NCBI GenBank assembly: GCA_964016885.1
Contig: OZ024748.1
Location: 22,382,001-22,446,000 of the forward strand
Direction of reading: 5' to 3'
DNA from: Eledone cirrhosa
Lineage: Eukaryota
Length of the DNA stretch: 64,000 nt
Numbering within the stretch: position 1 is the first letter of the stretch; the number at the start of each line of letters is the position of its first letter. Shown in pieces: positions 25,972 to 42,573 of this stretch. The position numbers were made by a program, and so were the translations under genes. The notes under the pieces are model-generated. The model did no database searches. It had not been told where the DNA came from and was given only the letters and a program-made list of their open reading frames with translations.

Positions 25972-26192
25972 CCCGTTAGCATTTAATCCGGCCATATCCG
26001 GCCATAATTCTCTCACCTCTTTCTGTTCAAACCGGCTGTAATCAGCTACTCATACTGATGTTAAGGTATTGTACTCAAAATTTATAATATCAAAATCTCA
26101 TAGATTCCATATTATGTAAGATAATTATGTGCAATAAAGTGTTTACCGTGAAAATACAATAGAAAATATAGAATAATGTAAATGGTAAAGGG
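25972..26192. mobile_element. piggyBac-like MITE
   Basis: TTAA|CCC...GGG|TTAA with ~14-bp TIR. Homologous copy at 52418-52637. Confidence 0.8.
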
Positions 26193-26560
26193 TTAACTAG
26201 AAAAATCTTACCGATCTGAATATTTTATTAACAGTGAATGTCAATGGTGGATGAATCATTAAAATTCGTATGTACAGATGAACTAGTGGTTTTTATCATG
26301 GGTTGTTTGAACGCAGGGAACTATGCTGAGTTAATTGTTATTACCAGAATAGGTACGGAGATGAGATATTAAATATATAAAATATAATATATAGATAGTT
26401 GCAGGTATGACTATGTGGTTAAGGAGTTTGATCACAACCACGTGTTTAGCGTTTCAGTCCGACTACAAGAAAGCTTGAGAATCCTTTACTATGGTCTCTG
26501 ATAGACCGATGCCTAGTGAGTGAAACTCGATAGTAAAAATCTTTATACCTTATATTTTTG

Positions 26561-26605
<45 letters not shown>

Positions 26606-26869
26606 TATAAATTATGTCCATAGAATCATTTGATAAGATATATACACCATTTCCTCTCCCAATTAGCATAATCAACCACACACAAAAAAACACGCTATAA
26701 GATTAAAAAGCACCTATGAAGAAATAATAGATAAATAAACGACAGCCATCTATTCGCGATCAACAGCTATAGAATATTTACCCACCATTTCAATAGCACG
26801 TGGAAATCGATTAAATATATCGTCAACCATATACAATTAGGTATACAATTAAAGTTAGAAGAAAAAATG

Positions 26870-26989
<120 letters not shown>

Positions 26990-27124
26990 AAATAAAATCA
27001 GTTTAGTGTTTCTGAAGAGGACGGCCGATTGAACAGGGATTTCGAAACTAGAAATAGGTAGTAACTTAATCACTACCATGCTAGTCGATACATCGATCTC
27101 CTTCGATCAACCGACTCTCTGAAA

Positions 27125-27197
<73 letters not shown>

Positions 27198-27865
27198 AGT
27201 GTGTGTGTGTGTGTGTGTTTATCAGTTTACTGTTTATATCTTGAAACTTTGCAATTCAACAAAATAAAATCGATAAAATAAGTACTTGTGTGGATATGAT
27301 CCCACTAAATCTCTTCAAGGTGTTTGTGCAACATGGCTGCAGTCTAATGAATTAAACCGGGGAAAATATAAAGAAAAAAAAATAATATAAACAAAATAAA
27401 TGCACTAATTCCTGTAAATATATAAGAAAATATCCTTACCATTTTTCACTGATCGTAGACAATTCTTTCCTTGTTTAACCGTTTCTTCTGTGATCGCAAC
27501 ACCTTAAGTTGGTTTGAGAAGGCATTGAAAATAGATCCCTTGTAGCTTTATACTAAATTATTTGGGCTCGAAATTACACGAAATATTGTTTTATAATTTA
27601 AGCTCAACGCCGGCAAATTTAGGGAAAGGGCAAAGTTGATTAGATCAACCCCGGTAAAATTGATTGGTTCTTTATTTTATCGACCCCGGAGCGGTGAAAG
27701 GTAAAGTTTATCTTGGCGGGATTTGAACTCAGAATATAAAGAGCGAGAACAAATACTGCCAGGTATTTTATCTGATGCTGAAATGGTTCTGCAAATCCAT
27801 CACTAAACTGCACCGAATATTGGTAAATATAATTTAATAAAATGATTTGCTTCGATGAATCTTGG

Positions 27866-28980
27866 ATAAACCGTTCTATGCGTGTGGATAAATCGTTATA
27901 TGTGTGTGGATACACTGTTGTATGTGTGTGGATAAATCGTTATATGTGTGTGGATACACTGTTGTATGTGTGTGGATAAATCGTTATATGTGTGTGGATA
28001 CACTGTTGTATGCGTGTGGATAAATCGTTATGTGTGTGGATACACTGTTGTATGTGTGTGGATAAACCGTTATATGTGTGTGGATACACTGTTGTATGTG
28101 TGTGGATAAACCGTTATATGTGTGTGGATACACTGTTGTATGTGTGTGGATAAACCGTTATATGTGTGTGGATACACTGTTGTATGTGTGTGGATAAACC
28201 GTTATATGTGTGTGGATACACTGTTGTATGTGTGTGGATAAACCGTTATATGTGTGTGGATACACTGTTGTATGTATGTGGATAAACCGTTATATGTGTG
28301 TGGATACACTGTTGTATGTGTGTGGATAAACCGTTATATGTGTGTGGATACACTGTTGTATGTGTGTGGATAAACCGTTATATGTGTGTGGATACACTGT
28401 TGTATGTGTGTGGATAAACCGTTATATGTGTGTGGATACACTGTTGTATGTGTGTGGATAAACCGTTATATGTGTGTGGATACACTGTTGTATGTGTGTG
28501 GATAAACCGTTATATGTGTGTGGATACACTGTTGTATGTGTGTGGATAAACCGTTATATGTGTGTGGATACACTGTTGTACGTGTGGATAAACCGTTGTA
28601 TGTGTGTGGATACACTGTTGTATGTGTGTGGATACACTGCTGTATGTGTGTGGATAAACCGTTATATGTATGTGGATACACTGTTGTATGTGTGTGGATA
28701 CACTGCTGTATGTGTGTGGATAAACCGTTATATGTATGTGGATACACTGTTGTATGTGTGTGGATAAACCGTTATATGTGTATGAATAAACCGTTATATG
28801 TGTGTGGATACACTGTTGTATGTGTGTGGATAAACCGTTATATGTGTGTGGATACACTGTTGTATGTGTGTGGATAAACCGTTATATGTGTGTGGATACA
28901 CTGTTGTATGTGTGTGGATACATCATTGTATGTATGTGTATAAACCGTTGTATGCGTGTGGATAAATCGTTGTATGTGTG
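27866..28980. repeat. 44-bp (2 x 22-bp) minisatellite gtggataaaccgttatatgtgt-gtggatacactgttgtatgtgt
   Basis: Two related 22-mers alternate over about 1.1 kb. Confidence 0.93.
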
Positions 28981-29301
28981 TGTTGAAGAAAATATTTCAC
29001 GCGAGGAAGGAAGAATTTTCGGACTTCTCCAACAAATGGTTTATATTTAACTAACGAAAAAAATGAAACATTTCGCTAGCAAAACAACAATCTATTATAA
29101 TATTGAATATAAACAAAAAAGTTGAAAAAGTCATTATGGTGGCAATCACGCGGATGACAACTTTGACAATTGCAATGAAGTGAAATAATAATAATAACAT
29201 TAATATTAATATATTAATACATTAATATATTTTCCTTTATTAAAAAATATTTTTATTATCATTATTAACATTTATCATCATTGTAATGATTAATATAATA
29301 A

Positions 29302-29680
29302 TAATTGTTTCTACTTTAGGCACAAGGCCAGCAATTATCCCAGTGTATTACTGGTACTTTATTTTATCGACCCCGTAAGGATGAAATGCAAAGTTAACCT
29401 CAGCGGGATTTGAACTCAGAATGGCAAGGGCCGTAACTCTATGCGTCAAAGCATGGCGTCCGATCCTCTACCGATACTGCCAATCCACCACCCTTATAGT
29501 CGTAATAATTGTTTCTACATTTTGGCACAAGGCCAGCAATTACCCCAGTGCATTACTGGTACTTTATTTTATCGACCCCGTAAGGATGAAAGGCAAAGTC
29601 AACCTCGGCGGGATTTGAACTCAGATCGTAAAGGGACGTAACTATGCTGGAAAGCATGGCGTCCGACCCTCTACCGATAT
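29302..29680 (-). mobile_element. Two tandem S1 SINEs
   Basis: Reverse complement matches at ~29302-29490 and ~29506-29680. Confidence 0.88.
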
Positions 29681-29724
29681 TTCCAAAATGTTGAATGTTT
29701 CCTAACATGATAATGATGATGATA

Positions 29725-29764
<40 letters not shown>

Positions 29765-29984
29765 GGACGAAGAATATGATGATGATGATGATAATAATAA
29801 TAATTAAAATGGCAAAAACATAATAAAGTAGAAAATCCAGGTAGGAGAACTTCAAAAGCGTTTGTTGAAAAAAAGAAATTAGTTAGAATAAAGGTGACCC
29901 TTACGTCAACCTATGACGGATATTAGTTATGGTAGTCAGTGTGGGGTGAAATAATATCTGAAGTAAATTCAAAACAAACGGGTG

Positions 29985-30104
<120 letters not shown>

Positions 30105-30122
30105 TATATACATACACACATT

Positions 30123-30164
<42 letters not shown>

Positions 30165-30222
30165 AACACACATATATACAAACGGGTGCTTTGCAGCCTT
30201 TCCGTGTTGTTGTATATATATA

Positions 30223-30329
<107 letters not shown>

Positions 30330-30661
30330 TAGACAGTTAGTGAGAGTACCTAAGAGGGCGGTGGGGATGATTATGCCTATATATGTATTTGGATTCTTCT
30401 TCTCTTCTACAAGGGTCATCAACTTTCACAGAAGTCTTCATTGGAAGTTTGCTGCCGTTTAAACAACTAAAAGGTTCATGGTCAGGAGCGTGGGAGGAAA
30501 AAGAGCGAATTCCAAAGAAAAGACAACTCCAGCGATGCTCAAGAGAATCCTCTTTCATTTATCTATCTTTCATTCTTTATTTATTTATTCATTGTTTTTG
30601 CGCTATTGTTATTGTATTCTTTCCATCTTACTTTATTTTTTTTTATTTTTTAGCAGCATTG

Positions 30662-30720
<59 letters not shown>

Positions 30721-30725
30721 AACTC

Positions 30726-30765
<40 letters not shown>

Positions 30766-31038
30766 AGCAAATTAAAAACGTAAACATGTAAGTATGTTTT
30801 TTGAAACGGTGCGCGAGTTTGAAATTAGAAATTAGAAATTAAATCTAAGGTAAAAGACTAATTGTCAACAATATCTTTTGCATTTGCATTCTTTGTTCTA
30901 TGTCCATACCTGCATTGTTTTGGCTTTATTATACATATACAAACGTTTATACCTCATTACACAATGCTTCAAGTGAACCTCCTGCCATATATATATATAT
31001 ATATATATTCAGAGTTTATATCTATATATATATATAAA

Positions 31039-31312
31039 GTCTGTCTTAAGCCATTTAAGCTCATGTGGTCGGTGCTTATCCCGGTTTCATGGCGTGAAGC
31101 GACAGAGATTACAAGACTTTCTCCTGGACAGGACGCCAGTCCATCGCAGGGTTAAACCTCCAGCAATTGCTGGTACTCGTTTTCAGCTGAGTATACTGGA
31201 GCAACGTGAAATGAAGTGTTTTGCTCAAGAACACAACACGCAACTCTGGAATCGAACCCACGACATTATGATCGTAAGTCCCACGCCCTTACCACTAGGC
31301 CACGTGCCTCCA
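31039..31312 (-). mobile_element. Second tRNA-derived SINE family (S2; CORE-like middle)
   Basis: Minus strand has A box tggcctagtgg, B box ggttcgattcc, tgtgttcttgagcaaaacact and accctgcgatggactggcgtcctgtcc. Internally deleted plus-strand copy at 42776-42930. Confidence 0.75.
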
Positions 31313-31352
31313 CATATATATATGTATATATATGTACATATATATGTACATA

Positions 31353-31394
<42 letters not shown>

Positions 31395-31617
31395 TGTGTG
31401 TGTGTGAGTGTGCGTGTATGGTGGGTGTGTATGTGCGTGTATATATATATTTAAATATATACATATGTATATATATATATATATTTATATATACATATAT
31501 ATATATATATATATGGTGCGTGTGTTTCTTATTGGCAACATGACCCTCCCAAAGTATAACAATATCGGTTTCAACACACGTTTTCAGATAAAAAATCTTG
31601 CTAAACTAATCCATATA

Positions 31618-31685
<68 letters not shown>

Positions 31686-31686
<1 letters not shown>

Positions 31687-31890
31687 CGGAAGAAATGTGG
31701 TAAGGAACCAGGTGGACCATAACGCACCAAAGTACTCAATAGTTAGGGTAGTAGAGTGGGTAATAGGAACGAGTAGGACCCCGACGGATGAGCTCAAGCC
31801 GTTTCGACGGCTAATTCTGGACTCTTAATTAGTGAGTCCAGAATTAGCCGTCGAAACGGCTTGAGCTCAGCCGTCGGGGTCCTACTCGTT

Positions 31891-31895
<5 letters not shown>
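31686..31895. mobile_element. Fold-back element family H2
   Basis: Arms 31763-31824 and 31834-31895; near-identical to 6959-7156 but with a different loop; (TA)n flanks. Confidence 0.8.
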
Positions 31896-31932
<37 letters not shown>

Positions 31933-32483
31933 TGTGTGTGTCTCCATGCACACTACACTATCTCACTGTCTGATATATATAAGTGATATATAAGAGGTTT
32001 CTGTATGTATATATCTCTTGTAGCCATTAAAATTTGGCTAAATAAATAACAAATAATTAAAGCCGCTACATTACACTCACATTTCCACGGTACAATCCTG
32101 TCGGAAGCTTTGTCTTTCTTTAAATGTTTCAATACGCCATCTTTGTCCCTATGAATGTTCACACATCTCAATACCTTCTTCCATACATCTAACATAAAAG
32201 GCGGCGGTGACGGCAGCAACAACAGCAATAACAAGAAATCCTTTAATAGCAATAATAACCCCAATAATAACCCCAATAATAACCCCAATAATAACCACAA
32301 TAAATACAATAACAACAAGACCAATGAGTACAATCAATGATTGAAGTTTCCATTGTATAGGGTGTATCTCTCCCTCTCTCACTCTCTGTCTGTTTCTGTG
32401 ACTCACTCTCTCCCTCTCTCTCTCTCTTTCTCTTCTCTCTCTCTCTCTCTCTCACTCACTCTATATCTGTCTCTCCCTCTCTC

Positions 32484-32612
<129 letters not shown>

Positions 32613-32919
32613 TATATATATATATATACAACCGTTTGACCAGTCAAAATAAAGGTGAGTAAATGAAAAGTAAAATGTCCTAATGTTAAGGTTCGATGAT
32701 AATTATAGAGCGTGTTTTCTCTTTTTGTTGTATTGTTATGTTTGTTAAATGGAGGTGGAGTGAATGTGGTGAGAGTCTGTCTTTTACTGCCACTCACCTG
32801 CCCTCACCTGCTGAGCTGAAGAGGGGGTCTTGTCTCTATCTCCATCACTCTACTCCCACAAACCATACACTCTTCACGCCATTGCATTCAAATTTCAGTC
32901 TTATTGGTTTCTCGACGTC

Positions 32920-32970
<51 letters not shown>

Positions 32971-33152
32971 ATGTGTGTATGTGTGTGTGTGTGTGTGTGT
33001 ATGCATGTATGTGTGTATGTGTGTGTGTGTGTTATCAGACAGCCTCGCTCCGAAGATCCTTTACACATGCAGAGCGACAAAATAGATGTTTATATGTTTA
33101 CAATACTAATTTTAATTTATATCAGCGTGAAACACACATACAGAAACACACT

Positions 33153-33192
<40 letters not shown>

Positions 33193-33242
33193 CATATATA
33201 TATATATATATAGGTATGTGTATATATATTAGTATATTTGAA

Positions 33243-33325
<83 letters not shown>

Positions 33326-33346
33326 TATATATATTATATATATATT

Positions 33347-33378
<32 letters not shown>

Positions 33379-33409
33379 CATATATATATATATACCTATA
33401 CACACACAC

Positions 33410-33456
<47 letters not shown>

Positions 33457-33596
33457 GAAAAGACAGTAAACAGATGGAGGTAGACAGACAACAGACGTTG
33501 CTGGACCTTCAAATCTCCACCTATAAATTAACGTGAGGTGTGATTGACGACACTCGTAAATCAGAAGATAAACAAACACATACACACACACACATG

Positions 33597-33645
<49 letters not shown>

Positions 33646-33646
33646 C

Positions 33647-33758
<112 letters not shown>

Positions 33759-33766
33759 TGTATATA

Positions 33767-33802
<36 letters not shown>

Positions 33803-33867
33803 CATACATACCCACAGACTGATGCATTCATAAACATACACACGCGCCCAGACAAAAATACACATGC

Positions 33868-34005
<138 letters not shown>

Positions 34006-34009
34006 CACT

Positions 34010-34067
<58 letters not shown>

Positions 34068-34566
34068 TATACACAATATATATATATATATATATATACA
34101 TATATATACACATAATATATATATATATATACATAATATAATATATATATATACACACACACATATATATATATATTATATATATATATATACACATATA
34201 CATATATATATATATATATACAGGTACGTACATGCATGCATTCATTAATTCATACATACATACATACATACATACATACATACATACATACATACATACA
34301 TACATACATACATACATACATACATACACACACATATATATATATTGTACACAAACATCATTTAATAAACTCAAGCACAGTTTCAATTTACATATCACAT
34401 ATAGACTTCATATTGGAAAGAAGAAACGCCACAAGCCCATCACTTGGGTATCTATGTACCCATACCTTCGCATTGAATTACACAGTAAAGACCACCCAAT
34501 AGGTAAATGCTACATTATTCTTTAATTTTCTGACTATAATGGAACCTCATTAAAACTTACTAATAG

Positions 34567-34753
34567 GGCGGTGGATTGGCAGTATCGGTAGAGGGTCGGA
34601 CGCCATGCTTTCCAGCATAGTTACGTCCCTTTACGATCTGAGTTCAAATCCCGCCGAGGTTGACTTTGCCATTCATCCTTACGGGGTCGATAGAATAAAG
34701 TACCAGTAATGCACTGGGTAATTGTTGGCCTTGTGCCTAAAGTAGAAACAATT
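34567..34753 (+). mobile_element. Full-length S1 SINE with 19-bp target-site duplication (reference copy)
   Basis: A box tggcagtatcgg, B box gagttcaaatcc. Direct repeat attaaaacttactaatagg at 34549-34567 and 34751-34769. Confidence 0.92.
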
Positions 34754-34827
34754 AAAACTTACTAATAGGAAGAAACGGTGTCTGTTTTAACCGAATGTCC
34801 GAGTTAATGAATGGCAGGGTTTAATAT

Positions 34828-35546
34828 TATTTCTACTTTTGGCACAAGGCCAGCAATTTCTCAGTGTATTACTGGTACTTTATTAAAATGACGAACACTA
34901 AGTAAATAAACAGAGATGAGAGAATTACAAATATTAAGGAATCAATGAAAAACACACAAATGAAGGAAAGGGCTTTGAAGGAATGGTATTGATGTATTAA
35001 ATTTATTGTTTCTACTTTTGGCACAAGGCCAGCAATTACCCAGTACATTACTGGTACTTTATTAAAATGACGAACACTAAGTAAATAAACAGAGATGAGA
35101 GAATTACAAATATTAAGGAATCAATGAAAAACACACAAATGAAGGAAAGGGCTTTGAAGGAATGGTATTGATGTATTAAATTAATTGTTTCTACTTTTGG
35201 CACAAGGCCAGCAATTACCCAGTACATTACTGGTACTTTATTAAAATGACGAACACTAAGTAAATAAACAGAGATGAGAGAATTACAAATATTAAGGAAT
35301 CAATGAAAAACACACAAATGAAGGAAAGGGCTTTGAAGGAATGGTATTGATGTATTAAATTTATTGTTTCTACTTTTGGCACAAGGCCAGCAATTACCCA
35401 GTACATTACTGGTACTTTATTTTATCGACCCCGTAAGGATGAAAGGCAAAGTTAACCTTGGAGGGATTTGAACTTAGTCCGTAAAGGGACGTAACTCTAT
35501 GCTAGAAAGCATGGCGTCCGACCATCTACTGATACTGCCAATCCAC
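34828..35546 (-). repeat. 179-bp tandem repeat (3 units) containing the S1 SINE 3' end, followed by the full parent SINE (~35362-35546)
   Basis: tttctacttttggcacaaggccagcaatt recurs at ~179-bp spacing together with the same flank. Confidence 0.88.
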
Positions 35547-35808
35547 GGCAGGGTTTAACATTGTATTGGTATGAGATATGGTAAAGGTGGTTGATATAGT
35601 ATCGGTGTAGGCCCCTGCGGTCTCAGTTCAAACTGCTCACGTCTACTTTCCCTTTCATCCTTTCCGAGTAAATAGTGAAAGTACCAGCCCGGTACTGATG
35701 GAGCCACCTCTCCTTCCAGCTGTCAAACCCTGGATGCTCCACTGGATCAAAGATGCGAGTATCGTGACAGTGGAGGTATCTATTCGCATATATCTATATC
35801 TATATCTA

Positions 35809-35859
<51 letters not shown>

Positions 35860-35862
35860 ATC

Positions 35863-36012
35863 TGTTATAAATTTTATTTTTTGTTATATTTTATTTTATT
35901 TTTATATATTGTTATTACCTCCTCCTTATTGAGGACGCCTTGTTTTGTAAACTCCCCCCCCCCCCATTGTACTTGTCCCACTTTTGATGCCCTGGTGGCA
36001 AATAAAAGAAAC
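35863..36012 (+). mobile_element. Tx1-like LINE 3' UTR fragment in (TATC)n
   Basis: tgtaaac..tgtccc..gccctggtggcaaataaaagaaac with (TATC)n on both sides; same terminal grammar as 22010-22081. Confidence 0.7.
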
Positions 36013-36017
36013 ATATA

Positions 36018-36216
<199 letters not shown>

Positions 36217-36235
36217 TGTGTGTGTGTGTGTGTGT

Positions 36236-36865
<630 letters not shown>

Positions 36866-37052
36866 CAAATATCACGGGCGCTCTATCTCAAAATTATTTT
36901 TGAAAGGCATTAGAAATGCGCAACCGGTAAAAACTTAAAACTAAAACTGAATACTAACCAATACTTATTACTAATTCTTATTACTTATTACTTATTCCTA
37001 ATTAAACTATTTTTCACTGGGAACAATTTGTCAGCATTTTCTTTTCCTTTTA

Positions 37053-37088
<36 letters not shown>

Positions 37089-37092
<4 letters not shown>

Positions 37093-37270
37093 AAAAGAGT
37101 CGGCTGAGCTCCGGCCGTTTCGACAGTTAGATGCGAGATCCGAACTGTCAAAATGGCCGGAGTTCAGCCGTCGGGGTCCTGACTCTTTTCCTATTACCCA
37201 CTCTACTACCCTAAGTATTGAGTACCCTGGTACGTTATGTTCCACCTGGTGTCTTACCACACCCTCTTTG

Positions 37271-37273
<3 letters not shown>
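37089..37273. mobile_element. Diverged H2 fold-back copy
   Basis: cagccgtcggggtcctgactcttttcctattacccactctactaccctaagtattgagtac shared with H2; (TA)n flanks. Confidence 0.72.
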
Positions 37274-37330
<57 letters not shown>

Positions 37331-37525
37331 TTATACTCTGTATAACAAGTACAATATCAGCAAAAAAGAAACAATGAAAAGGATTGAAGTGTCCCCTAGT
37401 CCTTGCTAAATCCCAAGGTTTCATCTTAGTCCCGTTAATAATAGAGCCCTGTCAACAGATGATGAAACTGGGTTCAAAATTAGGATCAAACCATATTTAT
37501 TCCTATGTAGTTGTTAACCCTCTAT

Positions 37526-37712
37526 AATTGTTTCTACTTTAGGCACAAGGCCAGCAATTACCCAGTACATTACTGGTACTTAATTTAATCGACCCCGTAA
37601 GGATGAAAGGCAAAGTCAACCTCGGCGGGATTTGAACTCAGATCGTAAAGGGACGTAACTATGCTGGAAAGCATGGCGTCCGACTCTCTACCGATACTGC
37701 CAATCCACCACC
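37526..37712 (-). mobile_element. Full-length S1 SINE
   Basis: Reverse complement of the reference copy; imperfect TSD tgttaa...tctataat. Confidence 0.9.
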
Positions 37713-37847
37713 CTGTTAATCTTCTATAATGTTCGGATATAGCAATAATTACGATGATACGAATATTAAACTTCTAGTTCTGAAGACACCTATCAAATAA
37801 AAGTTATTTAATTTGATGACCCACAATTTTACCACATATATATTTCC

Positions 37848-38198
37848 CAATGCTGAGGATGGCTCTGAACATTAATCAGTATACACTGAGGATGAAGAAC
37901 TTAGAGCTGTATGGGAGCCTCCAAAAAGTCAGCTCGAAAGTAACACAGAGGAGACTGTGGTTAGCTGGACATGCTCACTGGCATTCAGAGTTGACACTGC
38001 ACTCAGTGCTCCTGTGGGAGCCCCTGCACGGACACACTAGAAGAGGGAGACCGAGGTTGACATATGTTGATGCCCTAAGGACAGACACAGGTCTCTTGGA
38101 GGCGCAGGACATGGCAGCGATGATGAGGGACAGAGACCGCTGGAGAGAACTCGTCTAAGGATCTCAGGAATTTTACCTACCCTAGATAGAGATAGATA
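37848..38198 (+). mobile_element. RTE-clade LINE 3' fragment with GATA tail
   Basis: ORF 37850-38158 has RRLWLAGH..LLWEPLHG..RRGRPRLTYVD..M.DRDRWR, typical of the RTE ORF C-terminus, then a ~25-bp UTR and tagatagagatagata. Confidence 0.85.
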
Positions 38199-39128
38199 TT
38201 TCCCAATCTCACTCCTCTGATATATTTTATCGTTAGTGTTCCTTTCAAAGAGGTTTAAATAGCACTGCTCCCTCTGACAATCAACTACAGCATATGCTAC
38301 TGAAACTAAACATAATACACTTATGAAGCAAAAGTTATATTGTAAACAACACTTAAAACATTTCAAATATCAAAACTTCAGAAATATATTCTCCGCTCAT
38401 GAGAATTTCAAAACCGCATCATCTAGACGTAATGTGTTGATTACTTGCTTCGATTCTGCACTCTGACCTGGACACAGTTCAACAATTTTTTTTTTTTTTT
38501 TAAAACACTTTAGTCTTTATTGTGTTGTATCAGATGAAAGAATGGTATTTAACTAATGTATTGGTACGCGATGGGGCCCACCCACAGCCCCGGCGGACGT
38601 TTCTTACTCAGAGTTCTTCAAATCCTGCCGAAGTCAACTTTGCCTTTCGTCTTTCGGGGTCGAGTCGATACAATAAAGTACCAGTAATATACTAGAGTCG
38701 ATTTAATCGACATTACCTTCTCTTCTCCCCACAAAAAAAAAGTTGTTGGTCTTGTGCCAAAATTAGAAACTATTATTTTTCTTACTCCTCAAGGAATTTG
38801 TTTTAGGATGCTTAGTGGGTGGTCGGATTTTTGAGTTTATATGCAAAGGTTTGAACGGTTTTCAAAGTTCTGTGTCGAGACAGATGTTCCCTGTGGCAAA
38901 GTTTGCTCTGGGCGTCATTCTCAGGTCAATTTTCTTTTATAAACCATCTATTAATTCATTGTGCTGAAACTATTGAAAAAGATGTCTACATACTTATATG
39001 TCAGAAGACTATCAAGATAATTGTAGATATTGTCAATAGTTTGAGAAAACAGATTGGTTCCACATGAACAATGCTTCAAATGTAATGCTCGGCTATACAT
39101 ACATACATGGATACATACATACATGCAT

Positions 39129-39200
<72 letters not shown>

Positions 39201-39408
39201 TTATATATATATATACATACATACATACATACATACATACATACATACATACATACATACTTACACACACACACACACACACATATACACATATACATGT
39301 GTGTGCCTATCTACAGATATGTATATAAATTGGTGTGCTAAACAACACTATATATATATATATGTGTGTGTATGTAAGTATGTATGTATGTATATATATA
39401 TATATATG

Positions 39409-39489
<81 letters not shown>

Positions 39490-39491
<2 letters not shown>

Positions 39492-39660
39492 TAGAAGTTG
39501 ATGTTTATTACGGTATGTCGAATATATTTATCTATAAAACTGTTTATATTGTATTTTGTCTGATGAAGGCATAGCATATTGTTAATATGATATCCCCGAA
39601 ATATATATAATGAAATAAATATGGTTTTATAAATATAGTTTTCCATTTATTTAATATTGT
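39490..39660 (+). mobile_element. H1 copy with intact hammerhead-like motif (39552-39617)
   Basis: Nearly identical to ~3198-3361; (TA)n flanks. Confidence 0.75.
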
Positions 39661-39664
39661 ATAT

Positions 39665-40160
<496 letters not shown>

Positions 40161-40161
<1 letters not shown>

Positions 40162-40760
40162 CGTTTCTGAATTTGTTTAGCAAGATTCTTTATCTGAAAA
40201 CGTGTGTTGAAACCGATATTGTTATACTTTGGGAGGGTCATGTTGCCAATAAGAAACACACGCACCAGTTGCTTTCACTTCAATTTATTATAATAAATTT
40301 ATAAATTTAGGAATTTACAATTTAGGAATTTATAAATTTCCGGTTGGTTGGTTGGTTCCACAACCAGATGGTTGTTTATATATTGTCAAAGTTCTTTCGT
40401 CACACATTCTGTGACCTCTTCAGTGACTGGGGATTCTTTTCTTTGTTTTTTGTGCCTCTCCTTTGTTCTGTCCTACGCCATCTTGTTGTCACTGGACCGA
40501 GAAACAAGATGGCGTAGGACAGAACAAAGGAGAGGCACAAAAAAACAAAGAAAAGAATCCCCAGTCACTGAAGAGGTCACATAATGTGTGACGAAAGAAC
40601 TTTGACAATATATAAACAACCATCTGGTTGTGGAACCAACCAACCAACCGGAAATTTATAAATTCCTAAATTTATAAATTTATAATAATAAATTGAAGTG
40701 AAAGCAACTGGTGCGTGTGTTTCTTATTGGCAACATGACCCTCCCAAAGTATAACAATAT
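40161..40760. mobile_element. Fold-back element family H7 (~270-bp arms) with a hammerhead-like motif on each arm
   Basis: Arms ~40216-40487 and ~40503-40760. Relatives at 43131-43605 and 31515-31607. Confidence 0.82.
40564..40606 (+). ncRNA. Minimal hammerhead-like motif (H7)
   Basis: gtca-CTGAAGA-g-gtcaca..tgtgac-GAAAG-AA-CTT-tgac. Copies at 40385-40427 (-) and 43351-43393 (+). Confidence 0.65.
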
Positions 40761-41070
40761 ATACATATAAGTTAACGAGATATCGTTTAAGGTAATCCAA
40801 GAAGCGGATATGAGTCCTCTGTATCGGGGATAGTTTTAACCCTGGTGTACAGCCGATCCACGTTATTCTTCACTCATTTACTATATATACATTTATATAG
40901 GAAAATCTGCTTCGTAGAATCAAGTCGTATCTGAGGACCTTGCGATTTTCAGAGTCAGGTTCGATCGTCACATCGATCGTGCCTCGAGCTGGTCGCCAGA
41001 GAAACGATTGTAATATGTCCAATAAATTCCATTCGTCGCAACACTGATTCTCTTTTTTTCTGTGATATAC

Positions 41071-41220
<150 letters not shown>

Positions 41221-41358
41221 TGTGTGTCTGTGTGTGTGATTGTCAATTATTTGCAATTTTCTGTTTTCCAACTCCATTTTGGTCCTTTCACACAACAATG
41301 CATCTTTCCTTTCTCCTTTCTTTGTTTACATTTATTTTCCTTTGTTACCTCCCATTTA

Positions 41359-41396
<38 letters not shown>

Positions 41397-41494
41397 CTCT
41401 CTCTCTCTCTCTCCCTCTCTCTCTCTCTCTCGCTTTCTCTCTCTCTCTCACCCTCTCTCTCTCTTGCTCTCGCTCTCTCTCACTCTCGCTCTCT

Positions 41495-41533
<39 letters not shown>

Positions 41534-41564
41534 TATATATATAGACACATATATATACAGACAG

Positions 41565-41595
<31 letters not shown>

Positions 41596-41596
41596 G

Positions 41597-41646
<50 letters not shown>

Positions 41647-41651
41647 ATATA

Positions 41652-41798
<147 letters not shown>

Positions 41799-42151
41799 TT
41801 TATCTTCCCCTCTCTCTCGCTATCTCTCATCTTTTCACACCTAACCACCATCTCTTTCATATTGTCCATCACCTACCCCCTGCCTACTGCCACCTCCCAC
41901 TACATCTCCAGCTGAGAGCTTCAAATCACATTGTAACTCTCTAATTAGATTGATGATAGTTTTAGATAACAGAACTGGTCAAGCCTAGTCAGGCATGGTT
42001 CACTACAGCCATTTTCACGTCCATGGCGTCTATCTTCCATATGACACATTAATACTATATCTGACCGCACTCCCATATTACAGCTTTCTCATTTCCTATG
42101 ACAGCTTTCTATTCCATTTGTGATCGCCTGATTTTGTTGTGAACTCACACT

Positions 42152-42189
<38 letters not shown>

Positions 42190-42284
42190 AACATACATAT
42201 ATATACATATGTATATATATAAATATACATTTATATATTATGTATATTATAAATTTATGTATATTTCACACACACACACACTCA

Positions 42285-42317
<33 letters not shown>

Positions 42318-42439
42318 GAGAGAGAGAGACATACATATATATATATACATATGTATATATATAAATATACATTTATATATTATGTATATTATAAATATAT
42401 GTATATTTCACACACACGCACACTCAACACACACACGCA

Positions 42440-42529
<90 letters not shown>

Positions 42530-42573
42530 ACATTGCAAATATTAGTTAAACGCTTGAAATAATAGGAAAAGAG

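Noticed and set aside
27021-27070. CTGAAGA...GAAACTAG hammerhead-like words
   Set aside because: Stems I and II could not be paired convincingly; at best a decayed copy.
27866-28980. Many TGTGGATAA (DnaA-box) motifs suggesting a bacterial origin
   Set aside because: A chance 9-mer in an amplified minisatellite unit, surrounded by animal SINEs.
34567-34660. tRNA genes at A/B-box sequences
   Set aside because: The boxes are heads of dispersed SINEs with a common body, tail and TSDs; no cloverleaf is evident.
40190-40222. Second hammerhead-like string ctgaaaacgtgtgttgaaaccgata in H7
   Set aside because: C3-A8 mismatch, poor stem II and no consistent stem III.
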